DNA of 31,496 bases from Candidatus Omnitrophota bacterium (GCA_016928555.1 JAFGKM010000021.1:1-31496), one strand, 5' to 3'. Numbered from the stretch's first letter, positions 8,486 through 17,754 are shown. Numbers and translations: made by a program. The notes: a model not told the origin generated them from the sequence alone.

Positions 8486-9409
8486 ATGCCTATTTTCTCT
8501 TACAGGGCCGTTGATAAAGACGGCAAAACCGGAAATGGCCTGCTCAGGGCAGGGGATTACAGGCAGGCGGTTGAGCTCCTGCACACCGAGGGTTTTTCCC
8601 GTGCAAAAGTAAGACTTTACTGTAAACCTCCGAACTTTATGGCTCTGGCGGTTTTTTCAATATTCTTTGCTTTCGTAATATTCGGAATTGTTGTAATCGT
8701 TGCGGGAAAAACCTCAAATATACGTTCGGCAAGAGAGGCTGTCCCTCCCCTGCTTATACTTCTTTTCGTTCTGGCGGTACTAATCGTTTTTTTCAGAATA
8801 TACCTGCGCCAGACCCTCCGTGAAAGGACGAAAGCATACCTGGACACGGGCGGAGAAAACGAAGCTTATCTGCTTGGGAAAGAGGTGCGGGGGGAGTTTA
8901 TCCCGGAAAAGGAACCCAGGCCGGTTGTCGTCTATGAAAACGGAGTAAAAAAACAAAAAGTTTTAACAGGCAAGCTTGAACGTTTCGGTCTGCCGAATTA
9001 TCTTCATATGCTTATCTGCCTGTCGGGCTACTATCTGCCTGCAATTGCTCTTTGGGCGAGCATCCCGGACACGGAACGGAGGGTAACGGATTCAGTTATT
9101 CCTGCGTGGGGCATCGCTCTCGGACTTTCTCTTTTAGTCATCCCCGCATTATTTGTCACCCTCGCGCTCAAGTTCTCCAGAACCGTTGTAATAACCATCT
9201 CCACAATTGCGGCATTACTTCATTTTCTGCTCCTGCGCAATGCTTATATCCAAAGGCCGGAATCTGCCGCGGTCTACGAAATAATGTCATCCCATCCGGT
9301 TCACACAATTCTGGCATGGGTAATACCCGCTGGAACAATGATACTGCTGGAACGCAATAAAAGAATAAAAGACCTCATACGCCTTGAAATCCCCGTATAC
9401 GAGGAATAA
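8486..9409 (+). CDS. Hypothetical polytopic membrane protein (~6 TM).
   Basis: 307 aa with several hydrophobic segments. The N-terminal ~40 aa (FSYRAVDKDGKTGNGLLRAGDYRQAVELLHTEGF) resembles the GspF/PilC N-terminal motif, but the rest does not. No clear Shine-Dalgarno sequence is present and the start is uncertain. Confidence 0.5.
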   Translation: MPIFSYRAVDKDGKTGNGLLRAGDYRQAVELLHTEGFSRAKVRLYCKPPNFMALAVFSIFFAFVIFGIVVIVAGKTSNIRSAREAVPPLLILLFVLAVLIVFFRIYLRQTLRERTKAYLDTGGENEAYLLGKEVRGEFIPEKEPRPVVVYENGVKKQKVLTGKLERFGLPNYLHMLICLSGYYLPAIALWASIPDTERRVTDSVIPAWGIALGLSLLVIPALFVTLALKFSRTVVITISTIAALLHFLLLRNAYIQRPESAAVYEIMSSHPVHTILAWVIPAGTMILLERNKRIKDLIRLEIPVYEE

Positions 9410-9435
9410 CGCCCTCCCAGGTAAAACCCTTCTTT

Positions 9436-10611
9436 TCACATTACGTCGCCGGAGAAGTAATCGTTAATCTCTTTAGGAACAGGCGGTATGTCAAAGGGCA
9501 TATTCCCGCCCCTCAAGGACAGCGCCGCATAATACCCTGCCGCTACGCTGCAGCGCGCCGCGATTGCCGAAGTGGTTATTTTACTCCCGTTCCTGACGTA
9601 ATTTATAAATTCACTGACTATGCTCGGATCGGCTCCGCCGTGTCCTCCGGACACTTCAGGAATAAAGTGATTTTCGTCTCCGTACGGATTGTAGGCGTAT
9701 CTTCTGTTCCATAAACGTATAAACGTTTCCCCGGGACGGTCCCCGAAATTCTCAATGCGGCCATCGGTGCCTATTATAGTATAGTTTCTCCACGCATCAG
9801 GCGTGTAATGGCACTGCTGGTACGACGCAAAAACGCCATTGTCCATCTCCATCAGCATCATGCTTATATCCTCAACGTCTATCACCGGATTGAGGCCCTT
9901 TTGTGAAAGGGGAGGCCAGTTTTCCCGGACGAAAGCGGCGTTGCCCCTATCGGAAGGGCTGTGCCTGTCGGTTATCCTGTCGTACAGGGTCAGACCGCCC
10001 ACAGCTGTTACGCGTTTTGAGAATCCTCCGCAAAGCCAGTGCAGGACATCTATGTCATGCGCCCCCTTTTGCAGGAGGAGGCTTGTGGATTTACTGCGTT
10101 CGGCATGCCAGTCCTTGAAATAGGCATCGCCGCCGTAAGCAACAAAATGCCTGCACCATCCTGCCTTAATCTCTCCTATCCTTCCTCCGTCAATAAGCTC
10201 CTTCATCTTTTTCACAAAACTCATATGCCTCATGTTGTGCCCTACATAAACCTTTCTTTTGAGCCGGAAAGCGGTTTCAAGGATTCTGTCGCATCCTTCC
10301 ACCGTGATTGCCATGGGTTTTTCAAGGTAGACATCTTTGCCGGATTCCAGAGCCGCTATTGTGTGTTCTTCATGAAGAAAATCCGGGGAAGTGACAAAAA
10401 CGGCATTTATGTCCTTCCTGTCAAGCATCTTCCTGTAGTCGGCGGTAACGAAAACTCCGGTCCCGTATTTTTCCCTGAACCCTGAGAATTCTTTTTCGTT
10501 TACATCCGCCCCTGCCGCAAGATAAACCCCCTCTTCCGGCTTATGCGCATTGTTTGCCAGTTGACCTCTCCCCCCTATCCCTATCACTCCTATCTTAAGT
10601 TCCTTTGACAT
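9436..10611 (-). CDS. Gfo/Idh/MocA-family NAD(P)-dependent oxidoreductase.
   Basis: 391 aa with an N-terminal Rossmann motif (KIGVIGIGGRGQ), EKP, and GHNMRH motifs characteristic of the family. A strong TAAGGAGG Shine-Dalgarno sequence lies upstream. Confidence 0.85.
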   Translation of the reverse strand: MSKELKIGVIGIGGRGQLANNAHKPEEGVYLAAGADVNEKEFSGFREKYGTGVFVTADYRKMLDRKDINAVFVTSPDFLHEEHTIAALESGKDVYLEKPMAITVEGCDRILETAFRLKRKVYVGHNMRHMSFVKKMKELIDGGRIGEIKAGWCRHFVAYGGDAYFKDWHAERSKSTSLLLQKGAHDIDVLHWLCGGFSKRVTAVGGLTLYDRITDRHSPSDRGNAAFVRENWPPLSQKGLNPVIDVEDISMMLMEMDNGVFASYQQCHYTPDAWRNYTIIGTDGRIENFGDRPGETFIRLWNRRYAYNPYGDENHFIPEVSGGHGGADPSIVSEFINYVRNGSKITTSAIAARCSVAAGYYAALSLRGGNMPFDIPPVPKEINDYFSGDVM

Positions 10612-10772
10612 AGTGCCTCCTTAGACATCTTCCGGATATTCTATTCAATTTCCCCGCCTGCGTCAATCCATTGCAAAACCGCAATTCGTTCATTTGACTT
10701 TTCAGGCATGGGAGTTACAATAAGACTGCCGGCTTTTCATCCCGAAACGCCGGAATACGACGGGAGGTAAGA

Positions 10773-11627
10773 ATGAACGCTTATCACTGGATTGGAATTG
10801 CCGTTTTTATTTTTCTTCTGGGCATCAAGATAGTCAGGCCCACCCACAGGGGGCTTGTTGAAAGACTGGGTAAGTATAACCGTTTTGCAGGTCCGGGCTT
10901 TCACTGGGTTTTTCCCATTATAGAGCAGATATACCGCATAAACGTCACCGAACAGATGGTTGACGCCGAGCCGCAGGAGATTATCACCAACGATAATTTG
11001 AACGCCCGGGTTGACGCGCAGGTTTATTTCAAGGTTAAATCCGACGCAGAGAACGTCAAGAACAGCCAGTACAACGTGAACAACTACCAGTGGCAGATAG
11101 TCAACCTCGCAAGGACCACCCTCAGAAATATCATCGGCACGCTGACTCTTAAATCCGCAAACAGCGAAAGGGGCAAGATCAACCTGGAACTGCACAAGAC
11201 TCTCCGGGATGAAACGTCAAGCTGGGGCATTGAAATCGTGAGAACGGAACTGAAGGAAATCTCGCCTCCGGAAGACGTCCAGGAAACAATGAACAAGGTT
11301 GTGAAAGCGGAGAACGAAAAGATTGCCGCCATAGACTTTGCAACCGCGACCGAAACAACAGCCGACGGAGTGAAGAGAGCGGAGATTAAAAAGGCGGAAG
11401 GCATCAAACAGGCGAGGATACTGCAGGCCGAGGGCGAAGCCGAGGCTATACGGCTGGTAAACGAAGCTGCTGAAAAATATTTCGTGGGCAACGCGCAGAT
11501 ATTGAGAAAACTTCAGGCGGTGGAAACCGCCCTGCAGGAAAACACAAAGGTCGTCGTTCCCGCAAATGCCGAATTGATAAACGTAGTCGGGGAAATGGCC
11601 GGCATAATACCCGTGAAAAAATCATAG
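10773..11627 (+). CDS. SPFH/band-7 (stomatin/prohibitin/HflK-C-like) membrane protein.
   Basis: 284 aa with an N-terminal TM segment, the SPFH core (...YRINVTEQMVDAEPQEIITNDNLNARVDAQVYFKV...) and a coiled-coil Ala/Glu-rich C-terminus. A GGGAGG Shine-Dalgarno sequence lies upstream. Confidence 0.85.
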   Translation: MNAYHWIGIAVFIFLLGIKIVRPTHRGLVERLGKYNRFAGPGFHWVFPIIEQIYRINVTEQMVDAEPQEIITNDNLNARVDAQVYFKVKSDAENVKNSQYNVNNYQWQIVNLARTTLRNIIGTLTLKSANSERGKINLELHKTLRDETSSWGIEIVRTELKEISPPEDVQETMNKVVKAENEKIAAIDFATATETTADGVKRAEIKKAEGIKQARILQAEGEAEAIRLVNEAAEKYFVGNAQILRKLQAVETALQENTKVVVPANAELINVVGEMAGIIPVKKS

Positions 11628-11674
11628 AACTGCGCACTGAATGCTTTGTTTTTACAGGATGCCTTACAGCAGGG

Positions 11675-12141
11675 TTATGCGTAGCGGGATATCTCCCTTA
11701 ATAGAATTTCGTGAAAATTACGGATAATATTTTGCTGGTCCAGCGGGAGGAAATCTCTCAGTTCTTTTTCTACCGATAATTTTCCCTGCTTGAGCCGGAA
11801 TTTGATTTCCCTAAGAAATTTTCTCTGTTCTACGGAAACAAGCCCTTTCCGCAGAAGAAAGTATAAATCATAATAATCGCGCGGCTTTGCCCTGCTTAAA
11901 ACCGCCTCCAGTTTTTCATCAATCAGCTTCATCCGGGGAAGCATTGCACAAGATTTATTCCGAATCCGGAAAAATCAAGGTCTTCGGAAAAACGGGGACT
12001 CTGGAAAACAATACGCAAGGCGGTGCCTCCTTTGAAAAGGACTTTCTCCGAACTTTTCTCCCGATAAAGGGACGAAAGGAATAGATGCTGGACATATTCT
12101 CTGGCGATGTTTATCTCTGTCGTCTTGTACTGCAGAGCCAT
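11675..12141 (-). pseudogene. abiEii: Disrupted AbiEii/AbiGii-family nucleotidyltransferase toxin gene. It is frameshifted and internally shortened.
   Basis: Two ORFs in different frames overlap by 16 nt. ORF 11929..12141 carries the N-terminal NTase motif FKGGTALRIVFQSPRFSEDLDF, and ORF 11675..11944 carries the C-terminal KPRDYYDLYFLL motif. Together they give ~155 aa against ~270 aa expected. The locus lies 18 bp downstream of the antitoxin gene. Confidence 0.6.
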
Positions 12142-12159
12142 CCTTTTTATAATTTCGCG

Positions 12160-12759
12160 TTAAGCATATATCTCCTCTATCAAGCGGTTAAGCCCCTTGT
12201 TATTGAATAATTCCGCATAGCGCAATATTTTCCTTTTATGAAGGCCGGAAACATCAAGCCGCCCGTTGAATTCATAAGTCTTCCTGCTCACGAAATAGAG
12301 ATAATCAACCAGCGCTTTTTCTCTGTCTGCAATAAGCGCTGTTTTACCCCCGATTTTCTCCGGCAAATATCCGGTAAAAGCAGGTATTTTTATCTTATGG
12401 TAACGGAATTCCTTACCCAGCGTTTGAAATCGGGCTGTTGGTTGCGTGGTGACTGAAGTGACCGCATATACCGCTTCAGGAATCATATGATAATAGGCAA
12501 GCGCAAAAGTGAGAGAAATATATGAAGGGCGGTAAAGCGCATTGGCTGTCTCCCATTCCGAAGGGAGCCGGCTTTTTAAAGCATAGAGACTATTCCTTAA
12601 TTTAACAACTGCTCCTTTTTTGACATACCTGGTCAGAAAAAAACGTATGGATATTTCCGAAACTCCAAGTATATGCTTCAAATCAACCGGAGAGAAAAGC
12701 GCCAACTCCGTATCCATCACCTTTTTTTCCACCTCAATCCAATTTAATATTTTAGCCAT
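12160..12759 (-). CDS. abiEi: AbiEi-family type IV toxin-antitoxin antitoxin (wHTH transcriptional autoregulator).
   Basis: 199 aa. It sits immediately upstream of the AbiEii remnant in the same orientation, which is the canonical abiEi-abiEii operon order. Its size and N-terminal wHTH-like segment are consistent with AbiEi_4. Confidence 0.6.
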   Translation of the reverse strand: MAKILNWIEVEKKVMDTELALFSPVDLKHILGVSEISIRFFLTRYVKKGAVVKLRNSLYALKSRLPSEWETANALYRPSYISLTFALAYYHMIPEAVYAVTSVTTQPTARFQTLGKEFRYHKIKIPAFTGYLPEKIGGKTALIADREKALVDYLYFVSRKTYEFNGRLDVSGLHKRKILRYAELFNNKGLNRLIEEIYA

Positions 12760-12799
12760 ATTGCTAAATATTTTAATCCTTTATTTCTTTAACGTCACG

Positions 12800-13501
12800 T
12801 CAGTTTCGTCCAGGAACGACGGATTTAACCGCTTCAAACGGGATGTTGAGGACAGGCTTGTTTTGGGAAGCTTTGAAGCTGAAATGCCACCACTCGGTTC
12901 TGATTGAGGCGAACCCGCGCCTCTCCATCGCCTCCTTCAGAATACGCCGGTGCGCTATAGCGTCGGCAGTAAGATGCTGATAATCGCGGTGCGCCTTTTC
13001 GGTAAAATTGTCAAATTCCGTGGGCATCTCCACATCCCGTCCCTCCATATCCGCCAATCCGACATCCACCGCACAGCCCCTGTTATGCATTGACCCTTTT
13101 TGGGGGTCGGCTACGTAATTCGGATTCGGCATAACCTCCCACATCTTTTTTTGCACCGAAAACGGCCTGTACCCGTCATATATCTTCAGGCGAAAGCCCT
13201 GTTCTTTGAGGTCATCCTGCACCGCCTTGAGCGCCAGCGCAGCCTCCTCAAGCAAAAAACAATCTGCGGAAGGGTAAAGAACCTTCCCCGTAAAATTATC
13301 CGCCGTTGCGTAGCGGATATCAAGAATGATATCAGGTATAACCTCTTTCACCTCAACCAGCGGAAACTGCGTGCGTGTTTCAGACGCAACCTGCGCTTCT
13401 TCTCCGGCCGATTTCTCTTCTCCTGTGCGAACATATAAAAAAATTGAAGTCAAAAATACAAGCGATATACCGGTTATTATCCATCTTTCCAGCCTGCGCA
13501 T
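12800..13501 (-). CDS. ddpX: Membrane-anchored D-alanyl-D-alanine dipeptidase (VanX/DdpX, peptidase M15D).
   Basis: 233 aa with an N-terminal TM anchor. DIRYATADNFTG, YDGYRP, SMHNRGCAVDV and EWWHF match the VanX Zn-ligand and catalytic motifs. An AAAGGAG Shine-Dalgarno sequence lies upstream. Confidence 0.85.
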   Translation of the reverse strand: MRRLERWIITGISLVFLTSIFLYVRTGEEKSAGEEAQVASETRTQFPLVEVKEVIPDIILDIRYATADNFTGKVLYPSADCFLLEEAALALKAVQDDLKEQGFRLKIYDGYRPFSVQKKMWEVMPNPNYVADPQKGSMHNRGCAVDVGLADMEGRDVEMPTEFDNFTEKAHRDYQHLTADAIAHRRILKEAMERRGFASIRTEWWHFSFKASQNKPVLNIPFEAVKSVVPGRN

Positions 13502-13563
13502 ATCGCTCCTTTTTAAATGCTCCTCTCAAGTTTTAAAGATTGCCGGGATGTTTCCAATGATTC

Positions 13564-13974
13564 TTAATCCGGCATGAGATTAGAAATCAGATTATTTATC
13601 CAGCCGGCGGCTCTTTCACTGGCAGGTTCCGCTTTAACCGGCTTTTCCATTTTCCCTTCCTGAACAAACGCCTTTATTTTTTGAAGCTCTCCCCTGTCAA
13701 ACCAGATGCCCTTGCACTTTTCGCAGATGTCAACCGCAATCTCCGTACCGGGGAACTTGACCGTATAGAAAAGGGGATTCCCGCATCCGGGGCACGTCCT
13801 TGCTTCCCGGGAGACTGCCTGAAAATCGGCGTTTTCGGAAATTTCAAATATCTCGTAAAGCTCACTGCCGTTAACCCAGAGGCCCGAGCAGAGGCCGCAC
13901 CAGAATACAGGCGTTCCGGGCCGGTACTCCGTTTCAGTCAGCGCAATTCCGCACCTCGGGCATTTTATCACCAT
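13564..13974 (-). CDS. Double zinc-ribbon protein (2 x zf-TFIIB-like CPxCG...GxWxDxGEL domains).
   Basis: The true start is the internal ATG at 13974 (MVIKCPRCG...), which overlaps the stop of the upstream TPM gene (ATGGTGA). The longer ORF 13564..14238 would run through that gene. Two CxxC...CxxC zinc ribbons each end in WVNGSEL / WFDRGEL. Confidence 0.6.
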   Translation of the reverse strand: MVIKCPRCGIALTETEYRPGTPVFWCGLCSGLWVNGSELYEIFEISENADFQAVSREARTCPGCGNPLFYTVKFPGTEIAVDICEKCKGIWFDRGELQKIKAFVQEGKMEKPVKAEPASERAAGWINNLISNLMPD

Positions 13975-14792
13975 GAACCGGTAGCGCCTCCTCCGCCGCT
14001 GAACCCTCCGCCGAATCCTCCTCCGAATCCGCCCGCGCCTCCGCCATGCCTGGATGCCTCGCCAATTCCCCGCAGGATACCTGCGATTATCTTGAAAAGA
14101 ACGATAAGGAGTATGAATATGGCGCCCACCACAACCCAGCCCCAGCCCTTTTTCCCGTTTCTGAAAAGAGAGACTGCGACGGCAATGAGCGCAACAATAA
14201 TTATGGGGATAATGACAAGGCTTTTTGGGAAAGTCCACCTTACACGGCCGAATTCCAGGGCAATTGCTTTTGCGCCTTCCCGAATTCCCCTGCTGAACTC
14301 GTTCTTCTTGAACCGGGGGATTATTACCCTGTCCATTATTTCAGCGGCATCCCCGTCGCGCGAACGGCCGTATCCTGCGCCGAGCTCAATCCTTGCTTTC
14401 CGGTCTTCTTTTGCAACGAGAAGCAAAACCCCTTTATTCTCCGGAAGATTGCCTATTCCGTATTTATTGAAAAGCCCGGTTGCAAACTCCTCTATCGTGT
14501 TACCGCCGCCCGGGTAATCCCTGATTGAACCTATTGTAACCACCGCCATTTCAAATCCGGACTTTTTTTCTGTCTGGTAAATCATCACGTTAAGATATTT
14601 TTTGTCCTCCTCGGTGACGATGCCGGCCGCATCGGTCACGTAACCGCCCGAAGGTACCGGATACGGAGAATAATCCTTTGCTGCGTCAGCGGCAGGCAGG
14701 GTTTCGGATTCAGGCTGTGCAAAGAGGGACGCGGAGAGTAACAGCAGAAGGGAAACTGCCGTAAACAGCATCTTATTCCTCGCCATATTCAA
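13968..14792 (-). CDS. TPM-domain protein (YgcG-like) with signal peptide, C-terminal TM helix and Gly-rich tail.
   Basis: 274 aa with an N-terminal signal peptide and a TPM_phosphatase-like core (GIVTEEDKKYLNVMIYQTEKKSGFEMAVVTIGSI...GVLLLVAKEDRKARIELGAGYG). A TM helix follows, then the GGGAGGFGGGFGGGFSGGGG tail typical of YgcG-like proteins. Confidence 0.7.
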   Translation of the reverse strand: MNMARNKMLFTAVSLLLLLSASLFAQPESETLPAADAAKDYSPYPVPSGGYVTDAAGIVTEEDKKYLNVMIYQTEKKSGFEMAVVTIGSIRDYPGGGNTIEEFATGLFNKYGIGNLPENKGVLLLVAKEDRKARIELGAGYGRSRDGDAAEIMDRVIIPRFKKNEFSRGIREGAKAIALEFGRVRWTFPKSLVIIPIIIVALIAVAVSLFRNGKKGWGWVVVGAIFILLIVLFKIIAGILRGIGEASRHGGGAGGFGGGFGGGFSGGGGATGSW

Positions 14793-15225
14793 TATCGTCG
14801 GATAACTCGTTCCTGTCGTCTTTCCTGCAGGGGAAATACGCCTTCAATTGAACGCCTATCGTTTCTATCGCTTCAGCCAGGCCCTTTCCGAAATCGCCGC
14901 GGCTGAAGTTCTCTTCCATCCTGTCTTTTATCCCGTCCCAGAAGTCCGCGGGCACCTTGCTGTTAATGCCTTCGTCCCCGTAGATTAAGAATTCCCGGTT
15001 GGCGGTCACAAGATAGATTAATACGCCGTTTCTTTCTTTGGTCTTTGAAAGGCCCAGCTTCCTGAACACGCGGCCGGCCTTATCCTCAATGCTTCCCCAG
15101 CAGAACCGGCCGATGAATAACTTTATCTCGCCGGAAGTTTCTTTTTCCGCTTTATCAATTGCCCCGTCAATGAGTCTTTTTTCTTCTTCCGAAAGGAACT
15201 TTTTCGGGTCGGCCGGTCTTTCCAT
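14773..15225 (-). CDS. TPM-domain protein without a signal peptide.
   Basis: 150 aa with a TPM-like pattern (LSEEEKRLIDGAIDKAEKETSGEIKLFIG...NGVLIYLVTANREFLIYGDEGI). It overlaps the downstream TPM gene by 20 bp. An AGAGG Shine-Dalgarno sequence lies upstream. Confidence 0.65.
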   Translation of the reverse strand: MERPADPKKFLSEEEKRLIDGAIDKAEKETSGEIKLFIGRFCWGSIEDKAGRVFRKLGLSKTKERNGVLIYLVTANREFLIYGDEGINSKVPADFWDGIKDRMEENFSRGDFGKGLAEAIETIGVQLKAYFPCRKDDRNELSDDIEYGEE

Positions 15226-15377
15226 TTTGCCTCTGTTGTTTGGAATGCATGAGTTAATTCAAGCCTTTTTCAATGTAATCTTATCACCTCCTTTTCAGTG
15301 ATGTCAAACTGCGCTTTAACCGGCGGGTTGTAATTTCCGCCGGAAAGTCTTAAAATCTAAGCACAGGAGGGCACACC

Positions 15378-16235
15378 ATGCTAAACGAAAAAGTGAAAAG
15401 CAGGGTTCTCGCCTTTCAAAAGGCGGAAATCACCGAACATTTCATCTATGGAAAACTGGCTTCCCGCACGAGAGACGCCCGCAACAGAAAAATCCTTGAC
15501 GGCATCTCCGAGGAAGAACTTAAACATTTCAATATATGGAAGGGCTATACGGAAACCGAAGTGAAGCCGGACAGAGTCAAGATATGGCTTTACACTTTTA
15601 TCTCCGCGGTATTCGGGATAACATTCGCCATAAAGCTGATGGAAAAAGGAGAAGGCAGGGCGGAGGTATCCTACAGGGAGATTTCCGAATTCATACCGGA
15701 AGCGGACAGCATAGCACATGAAGAAGAGGCGCATGAAAATGAACTTATCTCTCTTATAGACGAAGAACGGTTAAGATACGCGGGCTCAATGGTCCTGGGG
15801 CTCAACGATGCCCTGGTTGAACTTACCGGCGCCCTGGCAGGTTATACCCTCGCGCTTCAAAACGTGCGGCTCATCGCCGTAACGGGGCTGATTACCGGCA
15901 TAGCCGCATCCCTGTCCATGGCGGCATCCGAATACCTCTCAACCAAAACTGAAAGCGGAGGGAAAAACCCTGTAAAAGCATCCGTCTATACCGGCATCGC
16001 CTACATCCTGGCGGTCATCATTCTCATTCTGCCCTTCTTCCTCTTTAAAAACATCTATCTATGCCTGGGCGTTACCGTCTTCAACGCTATAATCCTTATT
16101 CTGATTTTTTCCTTCTATATCTCCGTAGCGAAAGGGCTTTCCTTCAAAAAAAGGTTTTTTGAAATGGCGCCGCTCACCCTGGGGATATCCGCTCTGACCT
16201 TCGGCATCGGCTTTTTAATCAAGGGATTCCTTTGA
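15378..16235 (+). CDS. VIT1/CCC1-family Fe/Mn transporter with an N-terminal ferritin-like (rubrerythrin-like) domain.
   Basis: 285 aa. The N-terminal ferritin-like E..H-containing region (EEEAHENE) is followed by the VIT signature GLNDALVELTGALAG and 4-5 TM helices. An AGGAGGG Shine-Dalgarno sequence lies upstream. Confidence 0.8.
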   Translation: MLNEKVKSRVLAFQKAEITEHFIYGKLASRTRDARNRKILDGISEEELKHFNIWKGYTETEVKPDRVKIWLYTFISAVFGITFAIKLMEKGEGRAEVSYREISEFIPEADSIAHEEEAHENELISLIDEERLRYAGSMVLGLNDALVELTGALAGYTLALQNVRLIAVTGLITGIAASLSMAASEYLSTKTESGGKNPVKASVYTGIAYILAVIILILPFFLFKNIYLCLGVTVFNAIILILIFSFYISVAKGLSFKKRFFEMAPLTLGISALTFGIGFLIKGFL

Positions 16236-16300
16236 ACCCGGGCGGCACTGCATCATTCAAAGAAAACCGAGCAGGGGATATTTCCACCCTCCGAAAAGAA

Positions 16301-17503
16301 TCAGAAGAAACAGCGGCGCAACGGCCTCTTCCCTGCCATGGTTTTTTCCATTAGAACCGGCGCCGGGGAAACGGTGAACTCGCCGAACCTGTCGTTTATC
16401 CTGTCCGCGGCAGACACCAGCCGCTCCCGCTTCCTGTCCCTTTCAAAAAGAGGGACGCTTTCCTGCCCCTTGATGAGGTTTGAGACGCTCACCCCCACCA
16501 GCCGCACCGGCTTTTTCATCCGGAACGTTTTCATGACCGAGAGTGCCGCGCCGTAGACGATGCCCCCGTCGCAGGTGTGGCTCTGCACGCTTTTCTGCCG
16601 CGCCAGTGTCTCAAAATCGGAAAACCTCACAATCAGGGTTACGGTCCTGCCGCGGTACCCGTCCTTCCTCAGCCTTCTGCCGACCTGCTCGCAGAGCCGG
16701 TAAAGAGTGGATTCCACCAGAACGGGGTCCGACGTATCGCGGAAAAGCGTATAGGAATGCCCCACGGACTTGCATTCCTCCTCACTGCAGAAGAGTTTCA
16801 CCTCCGAAGAATACTCTCCCCTGCCCATGCGGCGGAGAACATGCCCGTTGACACCGAAGACAGCGGTTAATTTTTCATCCGGATACTCCCCAAGCTCCCG
16901 GCAGGTTCTTATCCCGAGGGAGTTTAATTTGAGTGCCGTCTTTTCCCCGATGCCCCAGAGTTTCTCCACCGGCAGATCCTTAAACAGCTCCGGCACGTCC
17001 TCTTTTTTTATCACGGTAAGCCCGTCCGGCTTTACCATGTCGCCGGCAAGTTTTGCCAGAAGCTTGTTGGGCGCAATTCCCACCGAGCATGTCAACCCCA
17101 GTTCCGTCCTTATCCTTTCCTTGATATTCAGAGCCGCCGCCTCTGCGCCGCCGAACAGCCCCATGGTGCCGGTTATATCCAAAAAGGCCTCGTCTATGGA
17201 ATAGCACTCCACCCGCGGCGTGAATTCCCTCAATATTTCAAATATTCTGGAAGTGGTGCTTAAGTATTTCACCGAATTTCCAACCACTACCTCCGCCTGC
17301 GGGCACAACCTCAAGGCCTGTTTCAAGGGCATGCCGGATTTTATTCCGTATTCCCTTGCCTTATAATTTGCCGTGGCGACAATCGTCCGGGTTTCCGGGT
17401 CGCCTGACACCACCACAGGCTTCCCTTTCAGAAACGGGTTGCTTCTCTCCTCCACGGAAGCGAAGTAAGCGTCCATATCCACATGAAGAATAACCCTGTC
17501 CAT
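16301..17503 (-). CDS. dinB: DNA polymerase IV (Y-family translesion polymerase).
   Basis: 400 aa beginning MDRVILHVDMDAYFASVEE, with the SIDEAFLD motif and little-finger domain. It is unmistakably DinB. Confidence 0.93.
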   Translation of the reverse strand: MDRVILHVDMDAYFASVEERSNPFLKGKPVVVSGDPETRTIVATANYKAREYGIKSGMPLKQALRLCPQAEVVVGNSVKYLSTTSRIFEILREFTPRVECYSIDEAFLDITGTMGLFGGAEAAALNIKERIRTELGLTCSVGIAPNKLLAKLAGDMVKPDGLTVIKKEDVPELFKDLPVEKLWGIGEKTALKLNSLGIRTCRELGEYPDEKLTAVFGVNGHVLRRMGRGEYSSEVKLFCSEEECKSVGHSYTLFRDTSDPVLVESTLYRLCEQVGRRLRKDGYRGRTVTLIVRFSDFETLARQKSVQSHTCDGGIVYGAALSVMKTFRMKKPVRLVGVSVSNLIKGQESVPLFERDRKRERLVSAADRINDRFGEFTVSPAPVLMEKTMAGKRPLRRCFF

Positions 17504-17505
17504 GC

Positions 17506-17754
17506 TCAGCCCTCAACATAAATGCGCTCCAGCATCCACTTCAGTTTCCCCGTATAAAACGACAGCTCGTACATATTGGCGCCGGCCGCCACGGAGAAGT
17601 AATAAATCACCTCTTCGCCGTTTTTGTCATGCCAGACGTAATTCACTTTTTCAACCGGATATCTCCTGCCATTCCAGACAAACCACCCCGGCCTGACACC
17701 GCTCCTTCCGAATACCGCTCCAACCTCCACGTCTTCAAGGATTTCTTCCGTCAT
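17506..17754 (-). CDS. Conserved-looking hypothetical protein (82 aa) encoded between lexA and dinB.
   Basis: An AGAGAGGAAA Shine-Dalgarno sequence overlaps the lexA stop. The ORF's stop TGA is 2 nt from the dinB ATG. It shows no TM segment and no recognisable motif. Confidence 0.55.
   Translation of the reverse strand: MTEEILEDVEVGAVFGRSGVRPGWFVWNGRRYPVEKVNYVWHDKNGEEVIYYFSVAAGANMYELSFYTGKLKWMLERIYVEG

Noticed and set aside
13564-14238. 224-aa ORF with an N-terminal Arg-rich extension (RRRGRIRRRIRRRVQRRRRR)
   Set aside because: The upstream 88 codons run through the 3' end of the TPM gene in another frame. The Arg-rich stretch is the alternate-frame reading of the Gly-rich GGC/GGA tail of that gene. 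The real start is the internal ATG at 13974.
16338-17204. Several + strand ORFs (72-144 aa) across dinB
   Set aside because: They are antisense to the unmistakable dinB reading frame. Their Pro/Arg/Ser-rich composition is typical of spurious frames.
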